From positions 122,760,001-122,824,000 of the forward strand of contig OX597816.1 of NCBI GenBank assembly GCA_951406725.2: 64,000 nucleotides of DNA, written 5' to 3'. The translations under genes and the position numbers were made by a program. This stretch comes from Octopus vulgaris (lineage: Eukaryota). The notes beneath the pieces are model-generated. The model was not told the origin of the DNA. It made no database searches and saw nothing but the letters and a program-made list of their open reading frames with translations. Positions 27,129-40,072 of this stretch are shown piece after piece. Position 1 is the stretch's first letter; each line of letters starts with the position of its first letter.

Positions 27129-27994
27129 ACGACCATATTGATTTCCAACATACAGGATACTCCATTATAATTTTTTAGCAAATTTTTCGTCAGTACTAGA
27201 GATTAAAATAATTAGATTTTTTTTCTTTGCTGTTATTGTGGCAAAATGAATTTAGGGGAAAAATACCTAAAGCCTATTACAATTTAGAGCGACATTTTTA
27301 CTTTCAAATCATTTGAAAGTTACAATGAGCTACTCAAAGGCAAAGAGTTTCCTGTATGACATTTGCCACATAAGTAAGTCTGCATAGATGTTATATAACG
27401 GCCAGATGTAAACAAACAATGAAAATTGGCAGAAAGCTTGGAGGATAATTTTTCAGGAGCTTTCTTTGTTAGCTACTGACAGTTTTCGTTCGATACCATA
27501 TTATATTGTTCACAGTCACAGTTTACATATTTTTACATAGTTAGTATCAATCAGTATTGATTTCTAACATAAAATGATAGACATTTCTATCGAATATCAT
27601 CACGTGATAATTTTGCAGAATTATATCTAGCGAATCTTCGTTTGAAATTTTTCCCATCTGTCACGCAATTACATCAAGAAATACTTGCATACCGAATTTT
27701 CACTTAGCCCCGACAATCTCATTGTGATTGTGTGCATGCATGTTTTAATACAGCATATGTTTTGAAATATCTGATGTCTTTTTATAATGGACGAATATGT
27801 GTTGATGAGATTCTTCTGTAATAATGAGCTGGTCTTGCGTCATTTTGGAAATCCCCTATTGACTCCTGGTAAGAATGATGAAGTCTATGCATCGCTAATA
27901 CCAGAAGATATTTTCTATTCTTAAAAAAATCTAATACCACAGTAGTCTCCAATTACTATTTTCCCGCTCATAATATTTTCTCTAGTTAATATTT

Positions 27995-28350
27995 TGATGA
28001 ACTGACAGAAACGTTAGGGCGCCGAACAAAATTCTTAGCGGCATTTCATCCGTTCTGAGTTCAAATTCCGACTTTGATCTCCATCATTTTGGGGTCGCTA
28101 AAATAAACACCAGGTGGTAATCGACTTATCCTCTCTTCCGAACTTGCTAGCCTTGTGCCAAAATTTGAAACCAATATTTTAGTGAGCTGGCAGAATCATT
28201 AGCATGCCGGACCAAATGCTTAGCGGCATTTCGACCCTCTCTACATTCTGAGTTCTAATTTCACCGAGGCTGACTTTGCATTTCATTCATTCATGTTCGA
28301 TAAAATAAGTACCAGTTGAGCACTGGGGTCAATATAATCAACTTACATTT
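27995..28350 (+). mobile_element. Two tandem Meta-domain-like tRNA SINEs
   Basis: Two heads (GAACTGACAGAAACGTTAG; GTGAGCTGGCAGAATCATTAG), each with CTGAGTTC.AATT and GTCG.TAAAATAA...CCAG. Confidence 0.75.
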
Positions 28351-30244
28351 TCCGTCACAAGTGTTAACATAACATTTTATGTTTATATGTACGTTTTTGT
28401 GTTTAGTATCCATTTTTTAAAGACTGAAATATTGACAGCTTGATAAATCCTATTCTCTTCTAATCCACTCCATAGGAATACTCATCAATATTGATAATCT
28501 TAATCATAACCTGTTCTCACTTGAACTTTGAATGGTTTTAGTCTTTCAAAGCCTGTCTTGCACGGCTGTCAATTTCGTTTACGGTGGGCTTCCACGCAGC
28601 TCCCTTGACCAAATTCACTCATAATGCATGTTATAGCAAAGCAGTATTTTTTTAATGCAGATATACCTACGTCCATTGGTGGTGATGTTACTTTCCTTGG
28701 AAGCAGAGGTGATTTTAATAAATCGAGATTTGCACTCTTGTCTTCGAAATTTTCACATTTATCTGCTGGCTCTTCACAATAAGCAGGACAATATCATACT
28801 CCAGAGAGTTTCTTGAATGGCACGATGGATGATCACCTCTACAAACACCGGATTTCAGTTTTAATGAATGAGACATTGTTGAAATTAATAGTTGGTGCTA
28901 TACTTACCGTTCCTGTCAATGTCACCATATTAATGTCAGAGATGCAGTACATTCAAGTAAGACACTCAATTAAATGCAAGCATCAAAAATATTAAATATT
29001 AAGACTTGCTCTTAGGTGCGATAGATAGTCAAGGGCACGTTTTCTTAAAGTCAAACTCAATATCATTGCATAGTTATTTGACGGTGGTTGATATGTTTCA
29101 TCAGTGAACTCAAATTTTACGAGGACTATCAGGTATTTCCATGAATTATACTTCAAACCAGCCCTGAAAAGCCTTCAACGTTACTTAAAATGTTATCACA
29201 ATATTTTACAGAAGTTTGTCTTAACGATTCTGAAAAAGTTACACGTCATCTCGGCAGAAAGGAATATGGTCTAAGCATACAGAAAAAAAAAGGTAGTGGC
29301 AAACCACCGTTTCGTGGAAACATATCAGTTAAATTATAAAAGAGAGTACTCGTTTGTGAAATGCGAAGTCAACTACTTGCTGGAATCCTGAACCGTCCGA
29401 ATGATTAGCTTAAAAGATTGCGAAATGAGTTTGTCGTCTGCCGGCATTATTGGACAGCTAAGTTTCACTGACAGCAGCCATATCAACGCTTTGAATCACG
29501 TACTAAGTAGATTCTATGCCACAAAATTAGTTGCAAAATTAGATTGAGACTATGTGGGAACTGAATTCTTCTTTTTTTTTTCTGTTTAGTTTATGTTGTC
29601 TCCAAGCTAACCCTGAAATACATTTTATAAGGAAACTTTTGCACAGATAATAAATTAATTCTCTAAGTTGCGAATGTGAAGTCATATTATGCTATAGGCT
29701 CCTGCAAGGCTTATAAAATACGATTCTCATTTTATTGGGAAAAAGTTTATGAGATATCCATAAATTCTCTATAAAAATCAGTCGACACATTTTAAAGGCA
29801 AATATCGTATATAAATCAGTTGACTGAGTAAATTATCTAACATGATTAATGTCAAATAAAATAGCTGTCTATATGAGCAGGTTCCTTGCATAAACACGGA
29901 AATAAAATCACTAATTGCTCTACTTGAGTTTTAATATATTCCGAGCTATATTGTTATTACATGCAGAGCAGCAAACTAGAAGAAGCGTTACCAGGTCAGA
30001 AAAAATATCGTTCTATTACGGTATTTTTCCGACCTTCTAACGATTCTTCTTGTTACGAATACATTACGGTTCTTTACATTTTGAATTCAAATCCCGCTGA
30101 GATCAACTCTGTCATCTATCTAACTATCTGTACTCATCAAATAGTGGGGTGGATAATACTAACTAACCTCCTAACCACAAAACCGTTAACCTTGCACCTA
30201 TATTAGTAGTTGGCTAATAATAATAGTGATTTAGAGGAGACGTA

Positions 30245-30515
30245 TGAACGTTCAGCTTTTGCCGAACGACCAGCACAAATGATTTGTTTATAGTAATTAA
30301 ATGTTCGTGCTGCACATCAGCTCACTCTTTGCATCAAACCAATATTGTCTGAACAGGTGAACTGTATACCATGCGTCAGGTGTCGAAGTGATCGCAGAGC
30401 AAAGTGAGATGGAGTGTTTTGCTCAAGAACACAACGCACCATCCGATCTAGTAACTGAAATCACGATCGCTAGATCGGGAGATCAGCATCCTAACCACTA
30501 AGCCATTCTCCCTCA
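30245..30515 (-). mobile_element. CORE-like tRNA SINE
   Basis: Minus strand TGGCTTAGTGGTTAGGATG...GTGTTCTTGAGCAAAACACTCCATCTCAC. Confidence 0.7.
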
Positions 30516-30540
30516 CAACAACAACAATAATAATAATAAT

Positions 30541-31859
30541 AATGGCTGACCTGAATTGTTTGGGAAATCTGAAAAACAGATAGACTCCTTAACCAAAACA
30601 GTCCAGAAGTATAGTAGGGACATCTGTATGGAATTCGGGATTACTAAATGCTCAGTACTTAATATGAAAGGAGGGAAGAAAGCATCCTGCAGAGGATTGC
30701 GGTTACCATCAGGAGAGACCATGGATAAACCCGACGGTAGTGGGTATAGATATTTAGGGAATTTGGATCTGCATGGCATTCTATACAGAGAAATGAAAAT
30801 CAAGGTCAGCGAGGCGTATCAAAAAAGGGTGAAGATGGTGTTGAAATCCAACATGAATGCCAAACATTTGATTACCGCAATGAATATCTGGGCTGTTGCG
30901 ATGGTCAGGTATATTGCGTCCATCCTCAAATGGACTAAGAAGGAAATATCAGCACTGGATAGAAAGACGAGAAAGTTGATGACGCTGTATAGGGCGCTAC
31001 ACCTTAAAGCAAACGTAAACAGACTGTATATGAAAAGAAAGACTGGTGGCAGAGGAATAACTAGTATAGACCATTGTATAAGGAGTGAAAGGAGACGCAT
31101 GCCGAGAATTTGATAAATAGTATTGAAGACCTGCTGCAATGTGCCGCGAAAGATATGGGTGTAAAATGTAGATGAAATGATGGGCAAGGAAGAATTTAAC
31201 CAAAGAGCTGAGGAGAAGAGAAAAGAAGACCTTCATGAAGTGAGAATGCATGAACAATTTGAAAGGAATACACAGGACGTTAAAGATAATACAGCATCGT
31301 CAGCATGGCTTGAGCGAGATGATTTCGCTACCAATTCAGTGAAGTATAACATTTATAAAACTTCTGACACCCAGAAATGCAAACTCTGTAGAAAGAGTGG
31401 GGAAAATATGATCCACTTGGTAAGTGGTTGTGAAAGCCTTGCAAAAAAGAATACAAGCGCCGCTATGATGAAATGTGTGTATATACATTGGCTCTTTTGC
31501 CATAAATACCAATATAAGTAAGAGAGACAAATTCTGTCAGATCATTGATGCAGCCATACCAAATGACATGAATGTTGTGAGTAAAGAGGTTGAAAATATC
31601 ACCAAGTACTCCAAATTGAAAGTGAAAATGGCAAGTCTGTGTGGAATGCAAGAGGGTAATGTAAAAGTGATTCCAGTTGGGCTAAATCCCTTTGAAACTT
31701 CAAAACTTCTTAAAGCAACGGAAGATTGATGTCTTGCAAAAAGCAGTCTTATTGGGCACAGCTCACATCTTAAGAAAAGTATTATCTTTTGAGGTCCATG
31801 TTTTGACTTGACAGATGACTAAAGACTTCGGTGTATTTTCACCTACACTGTGTTACGAA
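30541..31859 (+). mobile_element. R4/Dong fragment (lineage C), 5'-truncated at the YMDD motif, internal deletions
   Basis: ORF 30556-31113 (MEFGITKC, YRYLG, RLYMKRKTGGRG), CKLC..GE...HLVSGC zinc knuckle, C-terminal LQKAVLLGTAHILRKVL; (TAA)n on both sides. Confidence 0.9.
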
Positions 31860-31936
31860 GTAATAATAATAATAATAGTAATAATAATACTAATAATAAT
31901 AACAACAACAACAACAACAACAACAATGATAATAAT

Positions 31937-32145
31937 CCTTTCTAATATAGGCACGAAGCCTGGATTTTGTAGGCAGGGGGACAGCCGATTACATCGACCC
32001 CAGAACTCGACTGGTACTTAATTTTTCGACCTCGAAAGGTTGAAAGGTAAACATGACCCCGGCGGAATTTAAACTCAGAACATAGCGACGGGTGAAATAC
32101 CGTCAAGCATTTTGTCCGGCATACTAACGATTCTGCCAGCCCACC
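31937..32145 (-). mobile_element. Meta-domain-like tRNA SINE between (TAA/CAA)n tracts
   Basis: Near full-length copy; tail AGAAAGG(ATT)n on its sense strand. Confidence 0.85.
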
Positions 32146-32188
32146 AATAATAATAACAACAACAACAACAACAACAATAATAATAATA

Positions 32189-32990
32189 AAGGGTTTACAC
32201 AATCAATTCTATGTAGCCACAACAGAAGTTGCTCGAAAAAATAGGTGGGATTGGCTGATGAAAGGAATCCTAAAAAGAGAGATCGAAAGCACTATACTGG
32301 CAGCGCAGGACCAAGCTCTGGCCACGAACCGGAGGGTCAACTTGAGGAATGAGCAAGTGTCTCCACCGTGCCGTATCTGCAGTAGAGTGGATGAAACTAG
32401 TGCCCATATCACGAACCAATGCTCTAGACATGCCCCAAACCATTACAAGTTGTGGCGACATGAAAGGGCTACATGGAATACTGTGCGAAAAGTGAGGGCT
32501 AGAGAGAAGCAGGACGTGGTATTAACACAAACCGCAGAGAGTGGCAGAGTCGGAGACTAGCAAAACCCTCTGGGAATTCCCTATCCGAACACATCAGGTG
32601 CTAGAGCATAACAGACCGGATCTTGTGGTGGTGGACAAGGTGCACCACATATGCTATATAGCTGACGTTGCCTGCCCCTTTGACCTACGAATAGTCAAGA
32701 AGGAAGATGAAAAGATAGATAACACACCAGTACGAAATAGCCCGCCTATGGAAAATGAAGAAGGAGAAGATAGAGCCAATTATTGTTGGGTCCTTGGGAA
32801 CAGTATCAGAAGGCATCAAGAGAAATATTAAAACTGTTACAAAAGATTTGCCTCTTTGGCACGGCCAGAATAATCAGGAAAGTACTAGATAGCTGAAAAG
32901 AACGAATAGAACGGTGCTGTAGGCTGCAGGTAGTAAGCCCGATACGCATCAAAGACTCCAGTAGTTCCAACAAAATCAGTAATAAAGAGA
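32189..32990 (+). mobile_element. R4/Dong 3' fragment (lineage D)
   Basis: KGLHNQF...WDWL.KG.LKRE.E.TILAAQDQAL, CRICSRVDETSAHITNQC, LWEFPIRT...HNRPDLVVVD..CYIADVACP (REL endonuclease). Confidence 0.9.
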
Positions 32991-32999
32991 AAATAATGT

Positions 33000-33200
33000 T
33001 TTCTCATTTAGGCACAAGACCAGAAATTTTGAGGGGAAGGTTATGTCGATTACATTGATCCTAGCATTTAACTGACACCTTACTTATCGACCTCAAACGG
33101 ATGAAAGGCAAATTTGACTTCGGTGTGATTTGAAATCAGAACGTAAAGAACTGCTAAACATTTTTGTCCGACGTGCTACCGGCTTTGCCAGCATGCCAAC
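33000..33200 (-). mobile_element. Meta-domain-like tRNA SINE
   Basis: TTAGGCACAAGACCAGAAATTTTG...GATGAAAGGCAAA...GAACGTAAAG...TGCCAGC, followed by (TAA)n. Confidence 0.75.
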
Positions 33201-33390
33201 TTTGCATATTTAATAATAATTAGTACCTGGTAATAAATCTGATGGACAGTGCATGACTAGCACTTATTATTCCAAATTAAATGCTCTACAGCATGTAGGA
33301 AGGTATCCTCCTCTTCTGATAATTTACTGTTTAATCAAAATAATAATGCATTACGGAGTTGTTGCATTTTGCGAAAGGGATTATACTCGA

Positions 33391-33784
33391 CTAGCAGTAT
33401 CGCCCGGCGTTGCTCGGGTTGTAAGGGAAATAACTATATAAGCATTTTTAGAGAGTTATAGCCAAAAAATAGCAAAAAAATGCATTAAAAATTGAAAAAA
33501 AATTAAGGTAAATTTTTTTTAAATCGTTGACACATCGTAGATATTTTTAGAGAGTTACTTCCCTTATATAAAAGCGAAAAAAATGCATTAAAATGGAAAA
33601 ATATGATGGTAAATTTTTTTAAAATCGTAGACTCATCGTAGACGCGCGCTAATACCCAGAAGGGCTCGATATGAATCACGACTATAAGATACCCGCTTTT
33701 GGTTAAACTGCACCGCAAAATGTGGGAGTAATTACGAATGTAAATCGAAGGGGACAGACACACAACTTCACTCTTATATAAAGA
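33391..33784 (-). mobile_element. Non-autonomous Helitron
   Basis: Minus strand starts A|TC(TTTATATATAAG) and ends CCCGAGCAACGCCGGG hairpin + CGATACTG + CTAG|T: 5'-TC, 3'-CTAG, subterminal hairpin, A^T target. Confidence 0.85.
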
Positions 33785-33794
33785 TGCTTTTTTT

Positions 33795-34562
33795 TTCAGT
33801 CATAGAGTTAGATTTATGAAGGTCTTCAGTAGAAAATCCTTCGAATTCTGACTCGCTGCTTGATATAATGAAATTCGTATCCATTTTTTGTCAGAATTAC
33901 AAATTTTGAAAACACAATAGGAACAAATTTCGGGAAAAAATCTCCCATAATTCACGAAATTAAAATTACACTTCGATTTTTGTACAAAACTGTATTTGAA
34001 GTGTTTACGAAGTATAATACGTGTTTTCACGAATGTACTAAAGAGATTTACTCTGATATTCTCATTTAAATATGAATAGGTAAATTCGGGCGGTTTGGTA
34101 ACGAAAGGGTTTATATAAGTGTCGTCTGTTTATACATAAACACTGTTTCATAGTTTCAGTTTAGTCTTCCTCAAATCACTGTCGCTAATTTACTCTCTTC
34201 CAAGAACATTTTCACTCACTGTTATCTGTTAGCTTCCCATACATTTTACTCATGTATCTATCAGCGTGATAGACAGAAACAAATATTACATTTACTTTCA
34301 TTTTATTCGTTGCCCACTGTGTGTGTGCGTTTGCGTGTGGTGTAAACCAGACTAAGAAAAGCATTTGGCACACACACCAGAATGTGAGTTTTCTGTAAAT
34401 TTTGCTTAATTGGAGTTTAAATTTTAAAAACTGGACCTGGCATGACGCGATGCATTGTACTCTTAAAACTGCTAGGTAAATTGTAATTGAAGAAATCCTA
34501 TATTGTAGATTTGTATAACTCCCAAAGGGAGGCAGATAAAATCTGCCTTTTATAATAAGAGA
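33795..34562 (-). mobile_element. Second Helitron-like non-autonomous element (3' end eroded)
   Basis: Minus-strand start A|TCTCTTATTATAAAAAGGCAGATTTTATCTGCCT (5'-TC plus TATAA-rich start); no clear CTAG end. Confidence 0.45.
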
Positions 34563-34791
34563 TTAAGTTAACTCCAGTACTTGATTTATAGGGCTGATGA
34601 TTCATAGAATCATTTATATTGGACTGATGCTTTGCAACATTTTTTCGGCTTTTGAGTTCTCCATCCAAATACCGTCAAGATCAGACTTGCCTTTTGTTTT
34701 AAGATCATCTAGCTAAAGCACCTATCAAGTACTGAGATCCACTATTCTCTTTCTCACCCTGTCTCCGGTGCCAGAATACAGTCACTATCAC

Positions 34792-34814
34792 TGTGGTGGT
34801 GGTGGTGGTGGTGG

Positions 34815-34889
<75 letters not shown>
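34792..34889 (+). repeat. Compound (GGT)n(GAT)n(GGT)n microsatellite
   Basis: Visible directly; source of the spurious poly-His ORF. Confidence 0.95.
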
Positions 34890-34892
<3 letters not shown>

Positions 34893-35969
34893 TGATCGGT
34901 ATTTACATAGTCGAATGCAAATTTGACCACTGAGTTACCTGAACTGAAAGCGTAAAATAATGAAACTAAATGCCTCAAATTAGTGCTGTCTCTACCCCGT
35001 GCTCATCAGTAGACATATCATGGTGATCTAGAAGATCACTTAACAACACGTGATTTCGAATTCGATCCCACTATATAGTATTTTGACAAGTGTCTTCTAC
35101 TGTAATTTCGAGTTGAGTAATAATGTGTAAGTGTAATTTGGTAAACAGAAATTATACAGGAACCCATCATCTGTTTCTTTCATCCCCTCTTCCTTCCTTC
35201 CCTCTCTCTCTCTCTCTCTCTCTATTTGTATCTATCTATCGAGAGAGAAAAACGCTTAAATGTACTTTAACGCCAGGTATATGACGGTGACTTTATAGAC
35301 ACCTGAACAGTTTATTGAAAAGAAAAACAGTGAGAAAGTGAGATCGCGTACGCGTGCATGTTTGTTTGATGGTGTTCTATAAAAAAAGCCTCAAACAAAA
35401 AGCCTTAAACAAGAATACCCAGAGAGAGAGAGAGAAATAAATAAATAATGGGTTTGATTAGATCGCCTAAAACTGAACCGTGGTCTTCTGGATGCTGCAA
35501 TCTAGTAACTCTACACAAAAACAGAATAAAACTCGGGAACTACTTGGTCAAAGTAGTGAATTCTGGCATAGACATAAGGGCAAGTATGTTAGTTGAGAAG
35601 ACAATAGTCGAATGAACAATGATACCTATTTTATCGATTTTCCGAAGGATAAAAGGCAACGTCAACCACGAAACGATTTAAACTTAGTATGTGATGGGAG
35701 CTAAGATGATATACTTTGGAGATCTATTTATCTTGCCCCCTCCTGATCTTGACACTCCACTGCTCACGCAGCATGAATAGCTTATTAATGTGAGAAGTAA
35801 CAACAAAACATATAACTCGCTTGGTGCTTTCTGCATCAATACTGAGTGCTTCATGTTGTTCTTGCCTCTTTCGGTGGTAAGGTTCACCAATCGGAAATTA
35901 TTGAAAATCTCCGAGTTGGCTTTAAAATATTGTCTATCTATGACTTTCTAAATTATATGTCTGTGTATG

Positions 35970-36493
35970 CGATTTTTACAGTTGGATATATAGCCTTCGA
36001 ATTAGCTTTCTCCGTTCTGGTTTTGAGAAGTCTAATTTTTCAAGATTGGTATTTAGGCAGTGTGTTACATATCCCAGGGCCTCAATAATTACAGGTATAA
36101 ACCTGAACTTGTAATCTGGATAGAGTAACTGTAGATTTCTCAATAGTTCAGCATAGATGTTCTCATTTTCACTGATTTTCAGCTTTATGTTAACATCCGC
36201 TGGGCAGCTAATTTCTGCAACTGTGCACAGTTTCTCTTCTCTATCCCAAATCAATATATCAGGCCTGTTGTGCTTACATGTTATTGAGGTCTTTACTGGT
36301 ACATTCCACCAATACTCCTTTTCATTACGAGTGGCTATGGCTTTACGTATGTATGTATGTTTTTGTATGTATTTTCATGCATATAGTTGCATATCTAGAC
36401 ATGCTCATATATATATCTAAATGATAAACTTCTGGAAAGTTTTACAGATTTTTACAGTTCCAATGATGAAATGGATCTGTAGTTTTCGAATTA
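35970..36493 (-). mobile_element. Two tandem 3' fragments of an R4-like REL retrotransposon associated with (CATA)n (lineage F)
   Basis: 36493-36347: LIRKLQIHFIIGTVKICKTFQKFII* + short UTR + CATACATACATAC. 36345-35970: EYWWNVPVKTSITCKHNRPDILIWD...EISCPADVN...IPVIIEALG (PD-D/E endonuclease). Confidence 0.8.
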
Positions 36494-36795
36494 ATGTATG
36501 TATGTATATATATATATCCTGGATTTGGATCGTTCTAAACAGACATGTTTTTGTGATCTTTATTTAGATCAGACCGCAATACATTTTCATTGTTTTCATT
36601 GTATGCCTTTGTCTTCATCCTTTCAATATGAAATAGAATGAATCAGCCACAAATCTGGCCTTGTGTCAAAACTGATCTTTTCTTTTCAGTTGTCAACCGC
36701 CACCTTCATATTTTATTTTCTCCTCCACCTCCTCATCTCCCCTCCTCCTCGTCCTCTTCCTTGTCGTTCTTCTCTTCTTTATTGTTATTGTTGTT

Positions 36796-37300
36796 AAGGC
36801 GGCGAGCTAGCCAAATCGTTAGCACACCGATTAAGATGCTTAAAGGCACTTCGTCCATGTTTACGTTCTGAGTTCAAACTTTACCGAGGTCCGCTCTGCT
36901 TTCAAATTTTTTTTTTTTTTTTTTTGGGAAGGGGAGGTCCATGAAATAAGCGCCAGTGATGCAATTGGGTGGTTGTAATCGACTAACCTCTCTCCCAAAA
37001 TATCAGGCCTTGTGCCTACAGAAGAAAGGCTTCTTCTTCTTCTTCTTCTTCTTCTTCTTCTTGCTTTTGTTATTGTCGAAAAGGCGGTAAGTTGACCGAA
37101 TCGTAAGCGCGCCAGATTAAATGCTTCGTGGCATTTCATCCACTTTTACTTTCTGATTTCTAATTCCGCTGTGGTCGACTTTGCCTTCAAACATTTCGGG
37201 GTCGATGGACTATTAATAAATACCAATCACACATTTGGGCCGAGGTAATAAACTTTATCCTGCCCGCAAATTGCCAGCCTTGAGCTTATTACATAAAAAA
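36796..37300 (+). mobile_element. Two tandem Meta-domain-like tRNA SINEs flanked by (TTG/TTC/TTA)n
   Basis: Heads AAGGCGGCGAGCTAGCC (36796) and AAGGCGGTAAGTTGACC (37081); tails GAAAGG(CTT)n and (ATT)n. Confidence 0.8.
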
Positions 37301-37344
37301 AATTATTATTATGGCTACTGCTGCTGCTGCTGCTACTACTACTG

Positions 37345-37396
<52 letters not shown>

Positions 37397-38049
37397 CACT
37401 ACGACTACTGTTTTTTCTTCTTGCGCGTGATAAGTATAGTTCCACACGAAATATTTCTTCCAGAATTACTCGATGACCATTTCACTTAACTTTTTTTTCT
37501 TGTCGGGAACGGTATTCTTACTTATACCAACAGTATGGTTCGAGATACCTAGACTATTACTCCATTGCTCTGGAATAAAAAATAATCCGTCTTTAGATAT
37601 GCATCATTCCTGTAAACAGCCATGTTGCTTTATTTATTAGTGATTCAGTATAGTCACGACTACATGATGTCGACAAAGATAACTGCTTATAGACCCTTAG
37701 ACATTGTCGGAAAGCACTAAAGGTAAATGGAGAAATATAAGTAAAATCTGACGCAATTACAAACACAGACAGCGACAATTCGACAAATACAAAAGAATAA
37801 GCAGTAAAAACGACTGCTTAAATGACAATAACAAAAGCACCCCTACAAGGAAATGATCTTTTGCTAACTGAAAAGGAATATGACATATCAGTTAACTTTA
37901 ACGAGAGTCAAAGGCGTGGAGAAAGTATGTTACAAAAACCCCTACCTCTATACCTTAGTAATTTACCCAGAAAAAGGCAAAGGAAAGTGATATATTTATG
38001 ATTTTAAAAAAATACGGGGCTTCTATACACTCTCGAAAAAGGTGCTGGG

Positions 38050-38790
38050 AGAAACCTTGGGTGATATATGCAAGATGAGTGCTCCATCGACACTACAGTC
38101 ATATGACAGGATGCATTGACTGAGATCCTTGGTTTATTATTCTCTTTGACGCACAGTACAAAAATATGGTAAGAGCGGTAGTAGTGACACGTGATCGAGC
38201 GGGATCTGGTTGGATATTTAACTCCTGATAACACCCAGAGACAACACATTGAAAAGTGGTTAAAAGAAGATCTAATTTTCAAATTTTGTCCCATGTGTGG
38301 AATAAATAAGAACTAATTGGAGGTCTTTAACCCAAGTTTGTAAAAAGAAAAAAAGGGTATAGTGGCAAGCGAGCAAAGACAGTATGATAATAACAGTAAT
38401 ATCTGAGCTGAAAACAATGCTTGTTGGTGCTACTGCTGCTGTTACTAGAGTTTTACTTCTCACATTCCCAAGAATAAGTCCAGCCAAAGAAGAGGGGAGT
38501 AAAGTCGTTTAATCATTTTATAACAGTAGAAAGAAAATAGAGATTAGATACAAATGAGAGAACACGGTATTCCTCAACAGAAAGACAGAAAAGGGAGAGG
38601 ACACTGATTAAAAGCAAGTAAGGATCTCTTAGACTCTCGTGAAAGAAAATCCATTTTTTCTGGGAGATAGCCTGAATATTACGGTCGTCCAAATTAGTTA
38701 AGGTAAAGTGATGGACTAGATGAAGGATCTGACGGGAGCGGAAATAATTCTGCACTGATTCAAGTGGAGATATGAGTTGATTATATTAAA
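38050..38790 (-). mobile_element. Decayed CR1-type APE endonuclease region
   Basis: Minus strand DLQLV..STH, LDLLLT and a downstream SDH motif, in APE order; heavily disrupted. Confidence 0.45.
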
Positions 38791-39199
38791 CATATAACTA
38801 ATAGACAGTTGGTAAGGACTCTGCTGCCTACCTATAACATACAGTAAATGGATCAGTCGCCATGACTTTGTGGGTTCACTCAAACTCGAAGGTGATCACT
38901 AGAAATATCGCAGGACTCAGGTTACTGAGGGCGACTAGAGCACAAGATTGTCTGTACATTTAAACCATGTTTTAATATATTGTATTACATACTACCATAA
39001 ATTTTCTATATATATATTACCATGCTTTGTACCCCATTTTATATGACACGTCCATGTATGGAGATTTTTAGTCAATAATGAAAACATTATTATTATTGTT
39101 GTTATTTATTGTTGTTAATTCCCGTCCTGCTGTAGCTTTGTCTTTGTAATGGCGACTAGCTTTTATTCCATTGTTTTAACCATCAAATCAATATTTTAT

Positions 39200-39600
39200 G
39201 TATGCCTTGTCCATTGGCTCTAAACTGCTATAGCATCTCTAGAGGATTTAATATCTACACATCTAATAGGCCAATAGAATTTCTTCTACAATATAGAAAA
39301 CTTGATTTGATTGAACGTGATCAAATATATCAAAGTTTGGTTGTGAATGAAATTGAAGATAAGCAGATATTAAAATAGAATCACCATAAAAATTGGTTTG
39401 TATAGTACCAGGAGCAACAGAGCAAGGGACCGCTCTGTTTATCAATATGTTTGGAGGAAATGGCAGTTTCTTTGCCTTTACAGGCTCTCCTGAGTTTATG
39501 ATATCGATCCGATGAGGCTGATCTTCAATTTCAATTATGTCTATAAGAAAAAGTAAAGGAAAAAATTGCAAGGACAGTAATTTCCGGAGAGTCAGAATTT
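39200..39600 (-). mobile_element. Decayed CR1-type RT fragment
   Basis: ORF 39263-39571 IINSGEP...ILIN...FYGDSIL resembles INSGVPQGS..P.LF...IND...YADDS. Confidence 0.3.
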
Positions 39601-39936
39601 GGTGAAGAAAAAGCTATGAAAAATGTCTATTATGACAGGTTAAAGCAAAGTAGATGTAACAACAAAAATAGAAGGTGCATTGGGCGTGTTGAGGGTGAGT
39701 TGTAATACAACGTATAATTGCAAAAGGGCTGAGTCAGTGTAGTTGTGACTGAGGCGTCAGAAAAAGAAATGGAGTGGCTGCTAGTCAGAAATTATTGTGT
39801 GTTTTTCAATAGTGTGTATTTGATATCTAGGTCGGATGTTGTGTATACGATTAATATTCTGCTGTTCGTCGCACTTGGGAGTTGAAGAGGATCAGAAACT
39901 GAAGCCCCTTTTGAGTCATTTCTGTGTTCACTCTTC

Positions 39937-40000
<64 letters not shown>

Positions 40001-40033
40001 GTACATACATGCACGCACACGCACATGTGTGTA

Positions 40034-40072
<39 letters not shown>

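Noticed and set aside
34754-37489. Poly-His, poly-Ser, poly-Arg and poly-Tyr ORFs
   Set aside because: Trinucleotide microsatellites.
39878-39910. TTGAAGAGGATCAGAAAC hammerhead-like string near (TA)n
   Set aside because: No stem II, no UH site and no stem I pairing.
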